From Oscillospiraceae bacterium (GTDB taxonomy: Bacteria > Bacillota > Clostridia > Oscillospirales > Ruminococcaceae), in NCBI GenBank assembly GCA_029068025.1, contig JAIEDJ010000168.1, positions 1 to 48,078 on the forward strand: a stretch of DNA of 48,078 bases. Reading direction: 5' to 3'. The stretch's first letter is position 1; each line of letters starts with the position of its first letter. Under the pieces are notes generated by a model that ran no database searches, was not told the origin of the DNA, and worked only from the letters and a program-made list of their open reading frames with translations. Made by a program: the position numbers and the translations under genes. Below are positions 38,294 through 48,078 of this stretch, piece after piece.

Positions 38294-39898
38294 TTACTTC
38301 GCGTATTCCACGGTTCTGCTTTCGCGTATCATATTGACCTTGATCTGTCCGGGATATTCCATCTCGTTTTCAATGCGTTTTGCGACCTCGCGCGCAAGCA
38401 CCTTCATGTCATCATCGTTGATATGCTCGGGCTTGACCATAATGCGGACTTCGCGTCCCGCCTGAATAGCAAACGACTTTTCAACGCCGTTGTAAGAGTT
38501 GCAGATCTCTTCGAGCTTTTCAAGACGCTTGATATAGTTCTCATAGTTTTCGGAACGTGCCGCGGGTCTCGCGGCGCTGATAGCGTCAGCTGCCTGCACC
38601 AGACACGCGATAACAGTCCTGCACTCAACGTCTCCGTGGTGCGCTTCAATAGCGTGAATGACCTCGGGGCTTTCCTTGTACTTCTTGCAGACGTCAACAC
38701 CGATCTGAACGTGTGATCCTTCGATCTCGTGATCAAGCGACTTTCCTATATCGTGCAGCAGTCCCGCACGTCTTGCGAGAGCCGCGTCCACGCCAAGCTC
38801 GCTTGCCATGATACCGGCGAGGTGAGCTACCTCGATGGAATGGTTGAGTACGTTCTGACGGAAGGAAGTTCTGTACTTGAGCCGTCCTATAAGACGAACA
38901 AGCTCGTGATTCAAGCCGTTGACGTTCGTCTCCATGACGGCGCGTTCGCCTTCCTGCTTGATACGCAGCTCAACTTCTCTGCGCGCCTTCTCAACTGTCT
39001 CTTCAATGCGCGCCGGGTGGATACGTCCGTCCTGAATAAGTCTTTCGAGAGCGATCCTCGCGATCTCGCGGCGGACGTGATCAAAGCAGGACAGTGTGAT
39101 AGCCTCGGGAGTATCGTCGATGATGAGATCCACTCCGGTGAGCGTTTCGAGAGCGCGGATATTACGACCCTCGCGTCCGATGATACGTCCCTTCATCTCA
39201 TCGTTCGGGATAGCGACTACCGAGACAGCCATCTCGGAAACGGTATCGGCAGCCAGTCTCGCGATGGAAAGCGATATGTACTGCTTTGCCTTTTCGTCGC
39301 ACTCGTCCTTGAGCCGCTGTTCATAAGCGGATATTTTGACCGCTTTCTCGTGATTCAGCTCGCTGTCAAGCATCTGCAGCAAATGCTCCTTAGCCTGTTC
39401 CTGAGTAAATCCGGAGATCCTTTCGAGAATATCCATCTGCCCGGATTTGAGCTGTTCCGCTTCGGCGATCTTTTCGTCCGCCTTCTTGTGTTTCTGGTGG
39501 AGCTGTTCCTCCAGCTTTTCCATCTTGTCGGTCTTGCGGTCGAGATTCTCTTCCTTTTGAGCTATTCTGCGCTCGGAACGCGAAACCTCGCTCCTGCGTT
39601 CCTTAAGTTCCTTTTCGGCGTCGTTCTTCATACGCTGGATCTCTTTTTCGGCGTTGGTGCGCAAAGCGTAGATCTCGTCCTTTGCCTCGACAAGGGCGTT
39701 TTTCTTGAGTGACTCTGCTTTTTCCGTTGCTTCCTCAACGATCCGCGCGGATTCCTTTTCCGCGGACTCGAATTGAGCCTCGGCGGTCTTTATGCGGTGA
39801 GCCACGCCCTGCTTAAAGCAGATAAAGCCGCTGATAGCCGCGCCGACAAGCAAAGCCGCGATGCCAATAATAATGGCAACGTAAAATGGGACTTCCAT
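38294..39898 (-). CDS. rny: Ribonuclease Y
   Basis: N-terminal TM, coiled coil, [17 protein letters not shown] motif [17 protein letters not shown]. Confidence 0.97.
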   Translation of the reverse strand: MEVPFYVAIIIGIAALLVGAAISGFICFKQGVAHRIKTAEAQFESAEKESARIVEEATEKAESLKKNALVEAKDEIYALRTNAEKEIQRMKNDAEKELKERRSEVSRSERRIAQKEENLDRKTDKMEKLEEQLHQKHKKADEKIAEAEQLKSGQMDILERISGFTQEQAKEHLLQMLDSELNHEKAVKISAYEQRLKDECDEKAKQYISLSIARLAADTVSEMAVSVVAIPNDEMKGRIIGREGRNIRALETLTGVDLIIDDTPEAITLSCFDHVRREIARIALERLIQDGRIHPARIEETVEKARREVELRIKQEGERAVMETNVNGLNHELVRLIGRLKYRTSFRQNVLNHSIEVAHLAGIMASELGVDAALARRAGLLHDIGKSLDHEIEGSHVQIGVDVCKKYKESPEVIHAIEAHHGDVECRTVIACLVQAADAISAARPAARSENYENYIKRLEKLEEICNSYNGVEKSFAIQAGREVRIMVKPEHINDDDMKVLAREVAKRIENEMEYPGQIKVNMIRESRTVEYAK

Positions 39899-40368
39899 TG
39901 TCCGTTTCCCCTCCTTATTTTATTTGCGCTAAGATGTCAACGAACAGCGCAAAGAATAATTCGGCGGAATAATTATACAATTTTCAAATTTTGACGGCTG
40001 CGAAATTAAAGCGGCTGCCGCAGAATATTGTGCGGTATAGCTGTAATGCTGCAAAAAGCAGACTCGCCCGGTGCCGTCCGTACCTCCTATGAAGTTTTTA
40101 ATTATTTTATTTTTTGGCAATATCCGGAAAATTTATATGGGAAAATTCGCCAATCCCGACGAATCCCGAAAGATCCTCCAAACAAGCAGCCGGATATGCC
40201 AATTTTAAATAAAGCGCAAAAGCGCAAAACAAGGATAGGAAATGTAAATTTAAAGGAGATGGTTTCTCCGTAAATCGTACATTATGCCGCCATAACGTTA
40301 TAAAAATAACAACATCATAAACGTCATGACCCCTCAACGGGATAGCCCGTCCAAAAGGGTCCATTTAT

Positions 40369-40397
40369 ATTTTACTACAATTTTACCGAATTGTCAA
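40369..40397 (-). promoter_or_regulatory. Sigma-A promoter about 465 nt upstream of rny
   Basis: TTGACA-17 bp-TAAAAT. Confidence 0.6.
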
Positions 40398-40490
40398 GTG
40401 AATTACACATTTTATTTTGTTAAAATTGTCAATTTTTAAGTAATTTAAAAATTATCTCCAAAAAATGTAAATTTGAATATAAGCTCCAAC

Positions 40491-40810
40491 ACCAAGATCA
40501 ACATTTTAAACGTGCAGGAGAAATTTCAAAAAGCAATCCCACTTGGCGCAGCGCCGAAGGCGCGGAGTCAAGTGGGATTGTCTAGGGCAACACTTCGTGT
40601 TGCCCTCAGTCTGTATAAAAAGCCAAGATCAACAATTTAAAACACGCAGGAGAAATTTCAAAAAGCAGTCCCGCTCGGCGGAGCGGAACGAAGTGGAGCG
40701 TAGCCGAGTGGGGCTGGCTAGGCGGGCTTCGCCCGCCGGTTTTGAAATTTCTTTTAGATCAACAGCCCTTCGTCAACATTTTAAAACCAGCCAAGATCAG
40801 TATTTCAAAC
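40491..40810 (+). repeat. Two tandem family-A structured repeats (A2 40491-40606, truncated; A3 40622-40810) separated by a MITE-end-like CAGTCTGTATAAAAA
   Basis: CCAAGATCAACA..AAAC..GCAGGAGAAATTTCAAAAAGCA shared with 12249-12443. Confidence 0.8.
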
Positions 40811-40825
40811 CAAAGCACAGTTGTT

Positions 40826-42172
40826 TTATTCAACCGTCATACCCTTATCGCGCACGACTTTTTCAATATCCGCGATATGCTTATTGCACAGCTCCTTGGT
40901 CTTTGCTTCCGCCATAATGCGCAGCAGCGGCTCCGTTCCCGACGGACGGACAAGAACGCGCCCCTCGCTGCCGAGAGCCTGCTCTGCCGCTTCGACCGCC
41001 GCTTTTACATCGGGGTCGTTCAGCACGGCATTCTTGTCGGTCACGCGCACATTTTTCAATATCTGCGGATAGACGGTCATTCCTTTGGCAAGCTCTGAGA
41101 GGGTACTCTTTCTTGAACACATCACCTGCATGAGCTTTAGCGCGGTGATGATCCCGTCGCCTGTGTTGGCGTACTTGCTGAATATGATGTGCCCCGAATT
41201 TTCGCCGCCTAAGATGTAGCCCTTTTCATTCATGCACTCATAGACATACTTGTCGCCGACCGCGGTCTTTTCATACGCGATCCCAAGCTCATCAAACGCC
41301 TTATACAAGCCGAGGTTTGACATGACCGTTGTGACAACGGTGTTGCCCTCAAGCTTTCCGCGTTCCTTTAAGTAGCTGCCATAGATATACAGGATCTTGT
41401 CTCCGTCCACAAGCTCGGCGTTCTCATCGACCGCAAGGCAGCGGTCTGCGTCGCCGTCAAACGCGAAGCCGCAGTCGAGCTGTTCCTCACGGACAAGCGC
41501 TATCAGATTTTCGATATGCGTGGAACCGCAGCCGGTATTGATATTGAAGCCGTCGGGCTTGTTGCTGACAACATAGGTCTTTGCCCCAAGCGCGTCAAAC
41601 ACGCTTTTCGCGATGGTAAACGCCGAGCCGTTGGCGCAGTCAAGACCGATCCGCTTTCCCTTGAATGAGTGAGTAGCGAGCGAGATCAGATATCCTATGT
41701 AGCGGTTGCGCCCCGCCGAATAGTCTGAAGCTCTTCCGATCTCTTCCTTCTGTGCCAGCGGAACCTCGGGGATCTCGCCGTCAAGATACTTTTCGATCTC
41801 GTCGATAACGTTCTCCTCCATCTTCTCGCCCTTAGAGTTGAACAGCTTTATTCCGTTGTCATAAAATGGATTATGGCTCGCGGAGATCATTATCCCGCAG
41901 TCAAAATCGTCCGTGCGAACCACATACGATACTGACGGCGTTGTTGTGACATGAAGCAGATACACGTCCGCTCCCGACGCGGTAAGCCCGGCGGTCAGCG
42001 CGTATTCGAACATATACGAGCTGCGGCGCGTATCCTTGCCGATAACGATCTGGCAGGGGTGCTCCTTGCCGTAATAATATCCTAGAAACCGCCCGATCTT
42101 AAAGGCGTGCTCCACCGTAAGTTCTTTGTTTGCTTCTCCGCGGAAGCCGTCAGTACCAAAATATTTAGACAT
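40826..42172 (-). CDS. glmM: Phosphoglucosamine mutase
   Basis: YFGTDG.RG, GKDTR.S, ISASHNP, FDGDADR, VGDKYV, GGENSGH, VRPSGTEP. Confidence 0.96.
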   Translation of the reverse strand: MSKYFGTDGFRGEANKELTVEHAFKIGRFLGYYYGKEHPCQIVIGKDTRRSSYMFEYALTAGLTASGADVYLLHVTTTPSVSYVVRTDDFDCGIMISASHNPFYDNGIKLFNSKGEKMEENVIDEIEKYLDGEIPEVPLAQKEEIGRASDYSAGRNRYIGYLISLATHSFKGKRIGLDCANGSAFTIAKSVFDALGAKTYVVSNKPDGFNINTGCGSTHIENLIALVREEQLDCGFAFDGDADRCLAVDENAELVDGDKILYIYGSYLKERGKLEGNTVVTTVMSNLGLYKAFDELGIAYEKTAVGDKYVYECMNEKGYILGGENSGHIIFSKYANTGDGIITALKLMQVMCSRKSTLSELAKGMTVYPQILKNVRVTDKNAVLNDPDVKAAVEAAEQALGSEGRVLVRPSGTEPLLRIMAEAKTKELCNKHIADIEKVVRDKGMTVE

Positions 42173-42181
42173 AAAAATATG

Positions 42182-42478
42182 CTCCTTATCTTAAAGAATT
42201 TCAAATTTCTCAATTGGCAGCGTTTTGCGAAGCATAATGCGCACGTTCCGCTCCAAATGCAGCGCGTGCTTTTGTCACAATTTGTGATTGTGTATAAAGG
42301 CAGATTCCCATTCGGTGCGCTGTTCTATTTAGCGCTGCATTTTCCGCTGCACTTAGCCGTCAATTGAGCGCACCGGTCGAAAAAATTTTTTATTATTTGT
42401 TAAAATTTTTTCGACCTATTTGAAATTCACTGAACGATCTGCAGTTGATCTTGGCTTTAGATCCTTTGCTGTGCGTTT
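42182..42478 (-). repeat. Family-B structured repeat (copy B2) in glmM 5' leader, ending on the RBS
   Basis: Reverse complement matches the B1/B3 scaffold; ends TTCTTTAAGATAAGGAG 9 nt before ATG. Confidence 0.8.
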
Positions 42479-42551
42479 GTCGCGTGGCTCTGGGCATGGG
42501 CATTTTAATGCTGTATGGAGCAAAGCCTTGCGGATCTTCCCAAACATATAT

Positions 42552-42581
42552 ATTATAGCGTATGTGGGGCGTGTTTGTCAA
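42552..42581 (-). promoter_or_regulatory. Sigma-A promoter of glmM
   Basis: TTGACA-18 bp-TATAAT. Confidence 0.7.
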
Positions 42582-42620
42582 TATGCTTTTGTCAACAAAC
42601 CGAAATTTTGCTGTTTATTC

Positions 42621-42650
42621 TTGACTAACTGCGCCGGAAGGTGATATAAT
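42621..42650 (+). promoter_or_regulatory. Sigma-A promoter of hydrolase-CDF operon
   Basis: TTGACT-18 bp-TATAAT with TG extension. Confidence 0.65.
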
Positions 42651-42688
42651 GTAATAACACTTGAATTTTACGGCATAAGGAGCACTGT

Positions 42689-43324
42689 ATGACGGAAAAG
42701 ATCGTTTTTCTGCACGGACTTGGGCAAAGCAGCGCAGCTTGGAACGGAGTTTTTAAATATTTCGACGGGATCGGTGAATTCTGTTGTCCCGATCTTGTTA
42801 AGATGTGCGGGAGTCCTGCTGATTATAAGACATTGTTTCTGGCTTTTTCGGAATATTGTTCGAATCTTGGTGAGCCTTTGAACTTGGTCGGGCTGTCGCT
42901 GGGCGGTATGCTCGCATTGAACTACGCCGCTGAAAATCCCGAAGCGATACGCTCTCTTGTGCTGATCGGCACACAATACAAGTCTCCGAAGGCAATGCTG
43001 AAGCTTCAGAACGTGATCCTTAAGATCATGCCTAAAGCCTCATTCGGTGAAACGGGCTTCGACAAAAGGAATTTTATCTCGCTTGCGAACTCAATGACAG
43101 AGCTTGATTTCAGCGAAAAGCTGCAAAACGTCTCCTGCCCGGCTCTTGTCCTTATCGGAGCGCGCGACAAGCCCAACCGCAAGGCAGCGCTTGAACTGTC
43201 ACAGCTGATGAACGGCTCGGTGTTCGCCGAGATTAAAAATGCGGGCCACGAGGTAAACCGTGACGCTCCCAAGCAGCTTGCGGAAACCGTTAAACGATTT
43301 TACGAAACGGAACATATCATATGA
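42689..43324 (+). CDS. Alpha/beta-fold hydrolase
   Basis: FLHGLG, nucleophile elbow GLSLGG, GARD, AGHE catalytic triad motifs. Confidence 0.92.
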   Translation: MTEKIVFLHGLGQSSAAWNGVFKYFDGIGEFCCPDLVKMCGSPADYKTLFLAFSEYCSNLGEPLNLVGLSLGGMLALNYAAENPEAIRSLVLIGTQYKSPKAMLKLQNVILKIMPKASFGETGFDKRNFISLANSMTELDFSEKLQNVSCPALVLIGARDKPNRKAALELSQLMNGSVFAEIKNAGHEVNRDAPKQLAETVKRFYETEHII

Positions 43325-44520
43325 TCGACTTTATCATCAAAAAATTCATAAAGAACAGTGGAAACGTTGAAGATCCCGTCGTTCGTTCCGCTTACGGAAA
43401 GCTGGCGGGATGGGTCGGCATCGTCTGCAATTTGTTTTTGTGCGCGGGAAAATTCATAACCGGTCTTTTGTCGGGAAGTATGTCCGTGACGGCGGACGCA
43501 GTGAACAATCTTTCAGACGCGTCCTCGGGAGTTATCGGACTTATCGGCTTCAAGCTCTCCGAACGCTCCGCCGACAAGGAGCACCCTTACGGTCACGGAC
43601 GCTATGAATATCTCGCGGGATTTATGGTAGCGGCGCTTATTATGATAATCGGCGCTCAGCTGCTGCGCGACAGTGTTATAAAGATAATCACCCCGACAAA
43701 GGTGGAGTTCGGGATAGTCACGGCGGCGATGCTTACGGTATCGATCTTTGTGAAGCTGTGGATGATGCTGTTCTACAAAAGGACGGGCAGGCGGATCAAT
43801 TCCGAAACGATCATCGCCTCCGCCGCCGACAGCCGCAACGACGTTATTTCAACAACGGCGGTGCTGGCGGCACTGATCATCTCGCATTTTTGCGGCGTTG
43901 AACTGGACGGCGTTATGGGCGCGGCGGTCGCGGTGTTTATTCTGTACAGCGGCGTTGGACTTGTCAAGGAGACGATGGATCCGCTGTTGGGAAAAGCCCC
44001 GAGCGCGGAGCTTGTGGAAAAAATACACGAAGAGATACTCTCATATGACGGGATACTCGGAACACACGATCTGATGATACACGACTACGGCCCGGGACGG
44101 CAGTTTGCGTCTGTTCATGTTGAGATGCCAGCTGATATTTCGTTTGTAGAGTGCCACGAGATCATTGACAGAATAGAGCGCGATTATCTTGCCAAAGGAA
44201 TGAATATGCTGGTTCACCCCGATCCGATTGTTTCAGAGAAACACAAAACGGGACGAATAGATGCCGAGCTTAAGCGGATAGTCCGGGGGATCGACGAGAG
44301 CATAACCGTTCACGATGTCAGAGTGGTGGACTGCGCCGACAAGCTGCGCGTTATATTTGATTGTGTGGTTCCTCCGGAAACGGGAATAGATGACGCCGAG
44401 CTTTCAAAGGAGATCGAGCGTTTTCTGCGTATAAAGTTTCCGAACGCAAGCTGCGAGATCAGCTTTGAGAGCAGCTATGCAAGTATCCCGAAAAACGGTT
44501 CGGATCAACAGGTTGACTAA
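43321..44520 (+). CDS. Cation diffusion facilitator (CDF) family transporter with duplicated C-terminal domain
   Basis: ADAVNNLSD, ADKEHPYGHGRYE, DSRND, HDL..HDYG; 4-bp overlap with the hydrolase. Confidence 0.92.
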   Translation: MIDFIIKKFIKNSGNVEDPVVRSAYGKLAGWVGIVCNLFLCAGKFITGLLSGSMSVTADAVNNLSDASSGVIGLIGFKLSERSADKEHPYGHGRYEYLAGFMVAALIMIIGAQLLRDSVIKIITPTKVEFGIVTAAMLTVSIFVKLWMMLFYKRTGRRINSETIIASAADSRNDVISTTAVLAALIISHFCGVELDGVMGAAVAVFILYSGVGLVKETMDPLLGKAPSAELVEKIHEEILSYDGILGTHDLMIHDYGPGRQFASVHVEMPADISFVECHEIIDRIERDYLAKGMNMLVHPDPIVSEKHKTGRIDAELKRIVRGIDESITVHDVRVVDCADKLRVIFDCVVPPETGIDDAELSKEIERFLRIKFPNASCEISFESSYASIPKNGSDQQVD

Positions 44521-44541
44521 ATCCGAAAAAAGTGTTATAAT
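44513..44541 (+). promoter_or_regulatory. Sigma-A promoter upstream of B3
   Basis: TTGACT-17 bp-TATAAT with TG extension. Confidence 0.7.
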
Positions 44542-44558
44542 AAAAACAGAAACGCAAT

Positions 44559-44783
44559 AAACACGCAGCAAGGGATCTAACGCTAAGATCAACTGTAGAT
44601 AGTTCAGTAAATTTCAAAAAGTGTCCGAAGTGTCGGCAAGCCGACACACCTAAAAATTTTAATAAATAATAAAAAAATTTTTTCGGCCGGTTCTCAATTG
44701 ACGGCTAAGCGCAGCGTGCCGCCAATTGAGAATTTTGAATTTTTTTAATCAAGAAATTTGAAATTCTTTTAGATAAGGGGGAG
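44559..44783 (+). repeat. Family-B structured repeat (copy B3) between promoter and RBS
   Basis: Same scaffold as B1/B2, with minimal inner stem CTCAATTGACGGC..GCCGCCAATTGAG and a duplicated 3' end; ends AGATAAGGGGGAG. Confidence 0.8.
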
Positions 44784-44784
44784 C

Positions 44785-45525
44785 TTGTTGAGGATCGAAA
44801 AATATTATTTTCACGCGGATGTTCAGAAGTATTCCGACAGGCTCCGCCATATGCTTATTGTCGTCATAGCGCCTATATTGGCTGTGTGCGTTTTCAGCAC
44901 GGTGAATATAGTGCTGAACTTCGGCTCGGACTTCTCAAAGCTGCTGATGATCGTTATAGCGGGCAGTGTTTTTTTCGGAATGGTGTTCACGTTTGTTGCA
45001 ACGTATTTTATCGATAAACGCCGCCGCCGTCATTCGCGGTATACTTTTTTTGACATTCTCCCGTGCGGAATGGTGTTCAGCGAATACGCGGGCGAGTTCA
45101 CGCGGTACGGCGAGAGAATAATTATGCGGCGGCTGTATTATATCCCGTTTGACAAGCTGGAAAGCGTCTCGAGAGATCCAAAGACCGCTCCTCACAATAT
45201 TATATTTAAGGGTGCTGCCCACAGGTATTATCTCGAAACGGAACGGTTGGGCTATCACATTGACGAGGAGGGCAGGATCGAGTTTGACACGTCGATCCTG
45301 AACGGCGCGTATTATGATGAAATTTCGACGGTGACAGTAAAAAACCGCTTTGGAAACACAAAGCGGCTGGAGAAGTCTGTTCTGTTTTATTGGGAAGAAT
45401 TCAAGAATATGCCGGAGAAAAAGCCGTTCGATATCTCACAATACGTCACCGCACGCCGCAAGTCTAAGCCGAAGACCTCCAACCCCGCGCTGGAAGCGCC
45501 AAGCTTCAGCCGAAACTGGAAATGA
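44785..45525 (+). CDS. Hypothetical membrane protein (2 TM)
   Basis: 246-codon ORF, TTG start after a GGGGGAG RBS, two hydrophobic segments. Confidence 0.75.
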   Translation: MLRIEKYYFHADVQKYSDRLRHMLIVVIAPILAVCVFSTVNIVLNFGSDFSKLLMIVIAGSVFFGMVFTFVATYFIDKRRRRHSRYTFFDILPCGMVFSEYAGEFTRYGERIIMRRLYYIPFDKLESVSRDPKTAPHNIIFKGAAHRYYLETERLGYHIDEEGRIEFDTSILNGAYYDEISTVTVKNRFGNTKRLEKSVLFYWEEFKNMPEKKPFDISQYVTARRKSKPKTSNPALEAPSFSRNWK

Positions 45526-45545
45526 TCTTCAAGAGATCCATATAC

Positions 45546-45586
45546 AAACTAACACCGCACGGACAACGTGCGGCGTTAGTTTTTTT
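45546..45586 (+). terminator. Terminator palindrome, near-identical to 12461-12489 but without MITE (empty site)
   Basis: AAACTAACACCGCAC-GGACAAC-GTGCGGCGTTAGTTT plus T-run; same loop as the reverse complement of 12461-12489. Confidence 0.7.
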
Positions 45587-45622
45587 AAAACAACAGGAGA
45601 CAATCCTTGTGTGGGTGTTGTC

Positions 45623-46162
45623 TTAATCACTGAAAAAACATTTTGTAAGCTGATCCGCCATCTCACTGATTATTTCGGCACGGGTGGCGGAATCGTATTG
45701 TGCGTTGTCGGTAAATGCGTAATATCCGCCCTTGATGGTGAAGCTGAGAAGAATATTTATTTCGGGAATATCCTTACATTTAGAATATTTTTCAAACATA
45801 AACTTACGGATCTTGCTTTCCACACGATCAACAAGTATCCCCTTGCGATCATTTGAGAATATAATATCAATAAGTGATTGATTGGCAATAAAACCATCGA
45901 ACAGCTCACTGATAAAGACCTTTGGCTCGGACAGTACCGCGTCCGGATGCCTTATACTGCTAAGAACGCTGTCAAGCAGCTCATTCTCCAACGACTCAGA
46001 CAAATCGTAGATATCCTTGTAGTGAAGATAAAAGGTCGCCTTGTTGATCTCCGCGAGATCCGAAAGCTCCTTTACCGTGATACGCTCCAACGGTTTTTTT
46101 GAGCGAAGCTGCAAAAACGAGTTTATGATTGCGCTCTTTGTTTTTTTGACACGGAGATCCAT
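45623..46162 (-). CDS. TetR/AcrR family transcriptional regulator
   Basis: MDLRVKKTK..I..SFLQL...KPLE.ITVKEL...AEINKATFYLHYKDIYDL. Confidence 0.92.
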   Translation of the reverse strand: MDLRVKKTKSAIINSFLQLRSKKPLERITVKELSDLAEINKATFYLHYKDIYDLSESLENELLDSVLSSIRHPDAVLSEPKVFISELFDGFIANQSLIDIIFSNDRKGILVDRVESKIRKFMFEKYSKCKDIPEINILLSFTIKGGYYAFTDNAQYDSATRAEIISEMADQLTKCFFSD

Positions 46163-46341
46163 ATTTCTTCATTTCCTTCCCGATAATTGATGATTTTCGG
46201 TAAACGTTGCAAATTTGACAGCGGAGATCATCCGCCGATTGAAAAACCGTTTCTATCCTATTATAATTAGATTATAGCATATTAAACGACTGCCGTCAAG
46301 ACAATATCGCGTTTTTTCAACAGAATTTTTTGGAGGGAATT

Positions 46342-48078
46342 ATGGACTTTTACAGCTTTTATATGGGAAAAAATTTTGATGTTTATCAGTATCTCGGCGC
46401 TCACCGCGAGGGAAACGGCTGGATATTCCGCGTGTTTGCGCCGAACGCCGCGCGTGTGACGCTGCTCGGCGATTTCACTAAGGGTTATGAGTATGAAATG
46501 AACCGTGTCGGGGACGGGAACTTTTTTGAGGTGTGGACGGCGGACGCTTCTGTGGGCGACAGATATTTTCACAGGATCTACAGCCGCAGCGGGGGATATA
46601 CCGATCATTGTGATATTTACGGCTTCGGAATGGAGCTTCGTCCCGAATGGAGATCGGTTCTGCGCGATCTGTCGGAATATCGATTCGATGATGACAAATG
46701 GATGAACGGCCGTACCGATTTTAAGAACAGACCGCTGAATATTTATGAAATGCACCTCGGCTCGTGGTGCAAAAAAGAGGACAGCTCGTGGTTCTCCTAC
46801 ACGGAGATCGCCGATAAACTGATAAAGTACTTAAAAAAGACAGGCTATAACTGCGTTGAATTTCTGCCTCTGTCGGAGCACCCTTGCGACGAATCGTGGG
46901 GGTATCAGAATACCGGATTTTTTGCCCCTACCGCGCGTTACGGCACTGCCTCAGAGCTTATGGTACTTATCGATAAGCTTCATCAGAATGATATAGCAGC
47001 TGTAATGGATTTTGTGCCCGTGCACTTCGCTGTGGACAACTATGGTATCGGCAGATATGACGGCACGGCACTTTATGAATATCCGAACAACGATGTCGGA
47101 GTCAGTGAATGGGGCAGCTGCAACTTTATGCACTCGCGCGGAGAGGTTCGGAGCTTCCTGCAGTCCTGCGCTTATTACTGGCTGAAGGAATTCCATTTTG
47201 ACGGCATACGTATGGACGCTATCAGCCGCATAATTTATTGGCAGGGCGACGAGCGGCGCGGCGTAAACGGCAACGGCGTTGATTTTATCAGAACCATGAA
47301 CAGAGGACTAAAGGAACGGCTTCCGTCATGTATGCTGTTCGCGGAGGATTCCACTAACTTCCCGAACGTGACCAAGCCTGTCGATCAGGGCGGTCTCGGC
47401 TATGATTACAAATGGGATATGGGATTTATGAACGACACTCTGAACTATTTCCGCACAGCTCCCGAATATCGTTCGGACAATTATCACAAGCTCACGTTTT
47501 CGATGATGTATTATTATAATGAAAATTATCTTCTTCCGTTTTCACATGACGAAAACGTTCACGGTAAAGCGACTATTCTCCAGAAAATGAACGGCGAGTA
47601 TGAGGAAAAATTCCCGCAGGGACGCGCCTTATATTTATATATGTACATACATCCCGGCAAGAAGCTGAATTTCATGTGTGGCGAGATCGGGCAGCTCCGC
47701 GAGTGGGATGAAAGCCGCGAACAGGATTGGGACATACTTAAATATCCGAAGCATGACAGTTTTCATCATTTTATGACAGAGCTGAATAAACTTTATCTTT
47801 CTCACCCGGCGTTTTTTGAACATGACTATGATAACAACGGTTTTTGTTGGCTTGACTGCAACAATACAGAAAACTGCATTTATGTGATAGAGCGGCAAGG
47901 CGGCGGAGAAACGCTGGCGGCGGTATTTAATTTCAGCAATGTGACAAAAGACTACTCTGTCGGAAAATATCAAGACAGAACTGCCAAAATTCTGCTGAAT
48001 ACAGATTGGAACAGATTCGGCGGAGATACCTCGGACGACGCTGTATCCGATATTTCCATGCTATCCAAACATTTTTGA
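46342..48078 (+). CDS. glgB: 1,4-alpha-glucan branching enzyme (GH13)
   Basis: FRVFAPNA, IYEMHLGSW, SWGYQ, DFVPVHF, FDGIRMDA, AEDST, LPFSHDE.VHGK; start 46342 after GGAGG; stop coincides with the window end. Confidence 0.93.
   Translation: MDFYSFYMGKNFDVYQYLGAHREGNGWIFRVFAPNAARVTLLGDFTKGYEYEMNRVGDGNFFEVWTADASVGDRYFHRIYSRSGGYTDHCDIYGFGMELRPEWRSVLRDLSEYRFDDDKWMNGRTDFKNRPLNIYEMHLGSWCKKEDSSWFSYTEIADKLIKYLKKTGYNCVEFLPLSEHPCDESWGYQNTGFFAPTARYGTASELMVLIDKLHQNDIAAVMDFVPVHFAVDNYGIGRYDGTALYEYPNNDVGVSEWGSCNFMHSRGEVRSFLQSCAYYWLKEFHFDGIRMDAISRIIYWQGDERRGVNGNGVDFIRTMNRGLKERLPSCMLFAEDSTNFPNVTKPVDQGGLGYDYKWDMGFMNDTLNYFRTAPEYRSDNYHKLTFSMMYYYNENYLLPFSHDENVHGKATILQKMNGEYEEKFPQGRALYLYMYIHPGKKLNFMCGEIGQLREWDESREQDWDILKYPKHDSFHHFMTELNKLYLSHPAFFEHDYDNNGFCWLDCNNTENCIYVIERQGGGETLAAVFNFSNVTKDYSVGKYQDRTAKILLNTDWNRFGGDTSDDAVSDISMLSKHF

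Noticed and set aside
40543-40917. ORFs spanning the repeats (40543-40917, 15564-15776, 34085-34768, 42393-42581)
   Set aside because: They are translations of non-coding palindromic repeats or antisense frames; no transposase-like motifs
45532-46164. 11-bp direct repeat GAGATCCATAT flanking the TetR gene
   Set aside because: The second copy overlaps the TetR start codon and there are no element ends; likely chance

Overview
A 48 kb chromosomal region of about 50% GC. Gene content and style suggest a motile Clostridia/Oscillospiraceae (Ruminococcaceae-like) anaerobe; this is inference. Core genes are ychF, galE, pyrE, rny, glmM, glgB, a partial GH13 gene, a cheA-cheW-cheR-cheB operon, a FliK-like/FlhB-like (ylqG/ylqH-type) pair, two EAL phosphodiesterases with degenerate GGDEF domains and a MoxR/DUF58 pair. 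Transporters include PnuC-like behind a guanidine-IV riboswitch, QueT behind a preQ1-I-like riboswitch, a CDF and a YczE-like protein. No rRNA, tRNA, CRISPR array, integrase or transposase was seen. Three things stand out. (1) A SIR2-like gene, a Macro-HTH gene and a vWA gene lie in series, with a palindrome at the class-II activator position of the vWA promoter; this is a candidate NAD+/ADP-ribose sensing circuit. (2) About 13 non-coding, structured intergenic repeats fall into related families that share modules, show compensatory changes and carry cGNAg triloops. Three end exactly on a Shine-Dalgarno, two start at a predicted transcription start, and two follow orphan promoters at nearly the same distance. 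(3) An AraC gene carries a microhomology-type deletion, and there is a DnaA-box-like cluster and a soluble [FeFe]-hydrogenase-like chemoreceptor operon. All family assignments come from motif recognition by eye, not database searches.
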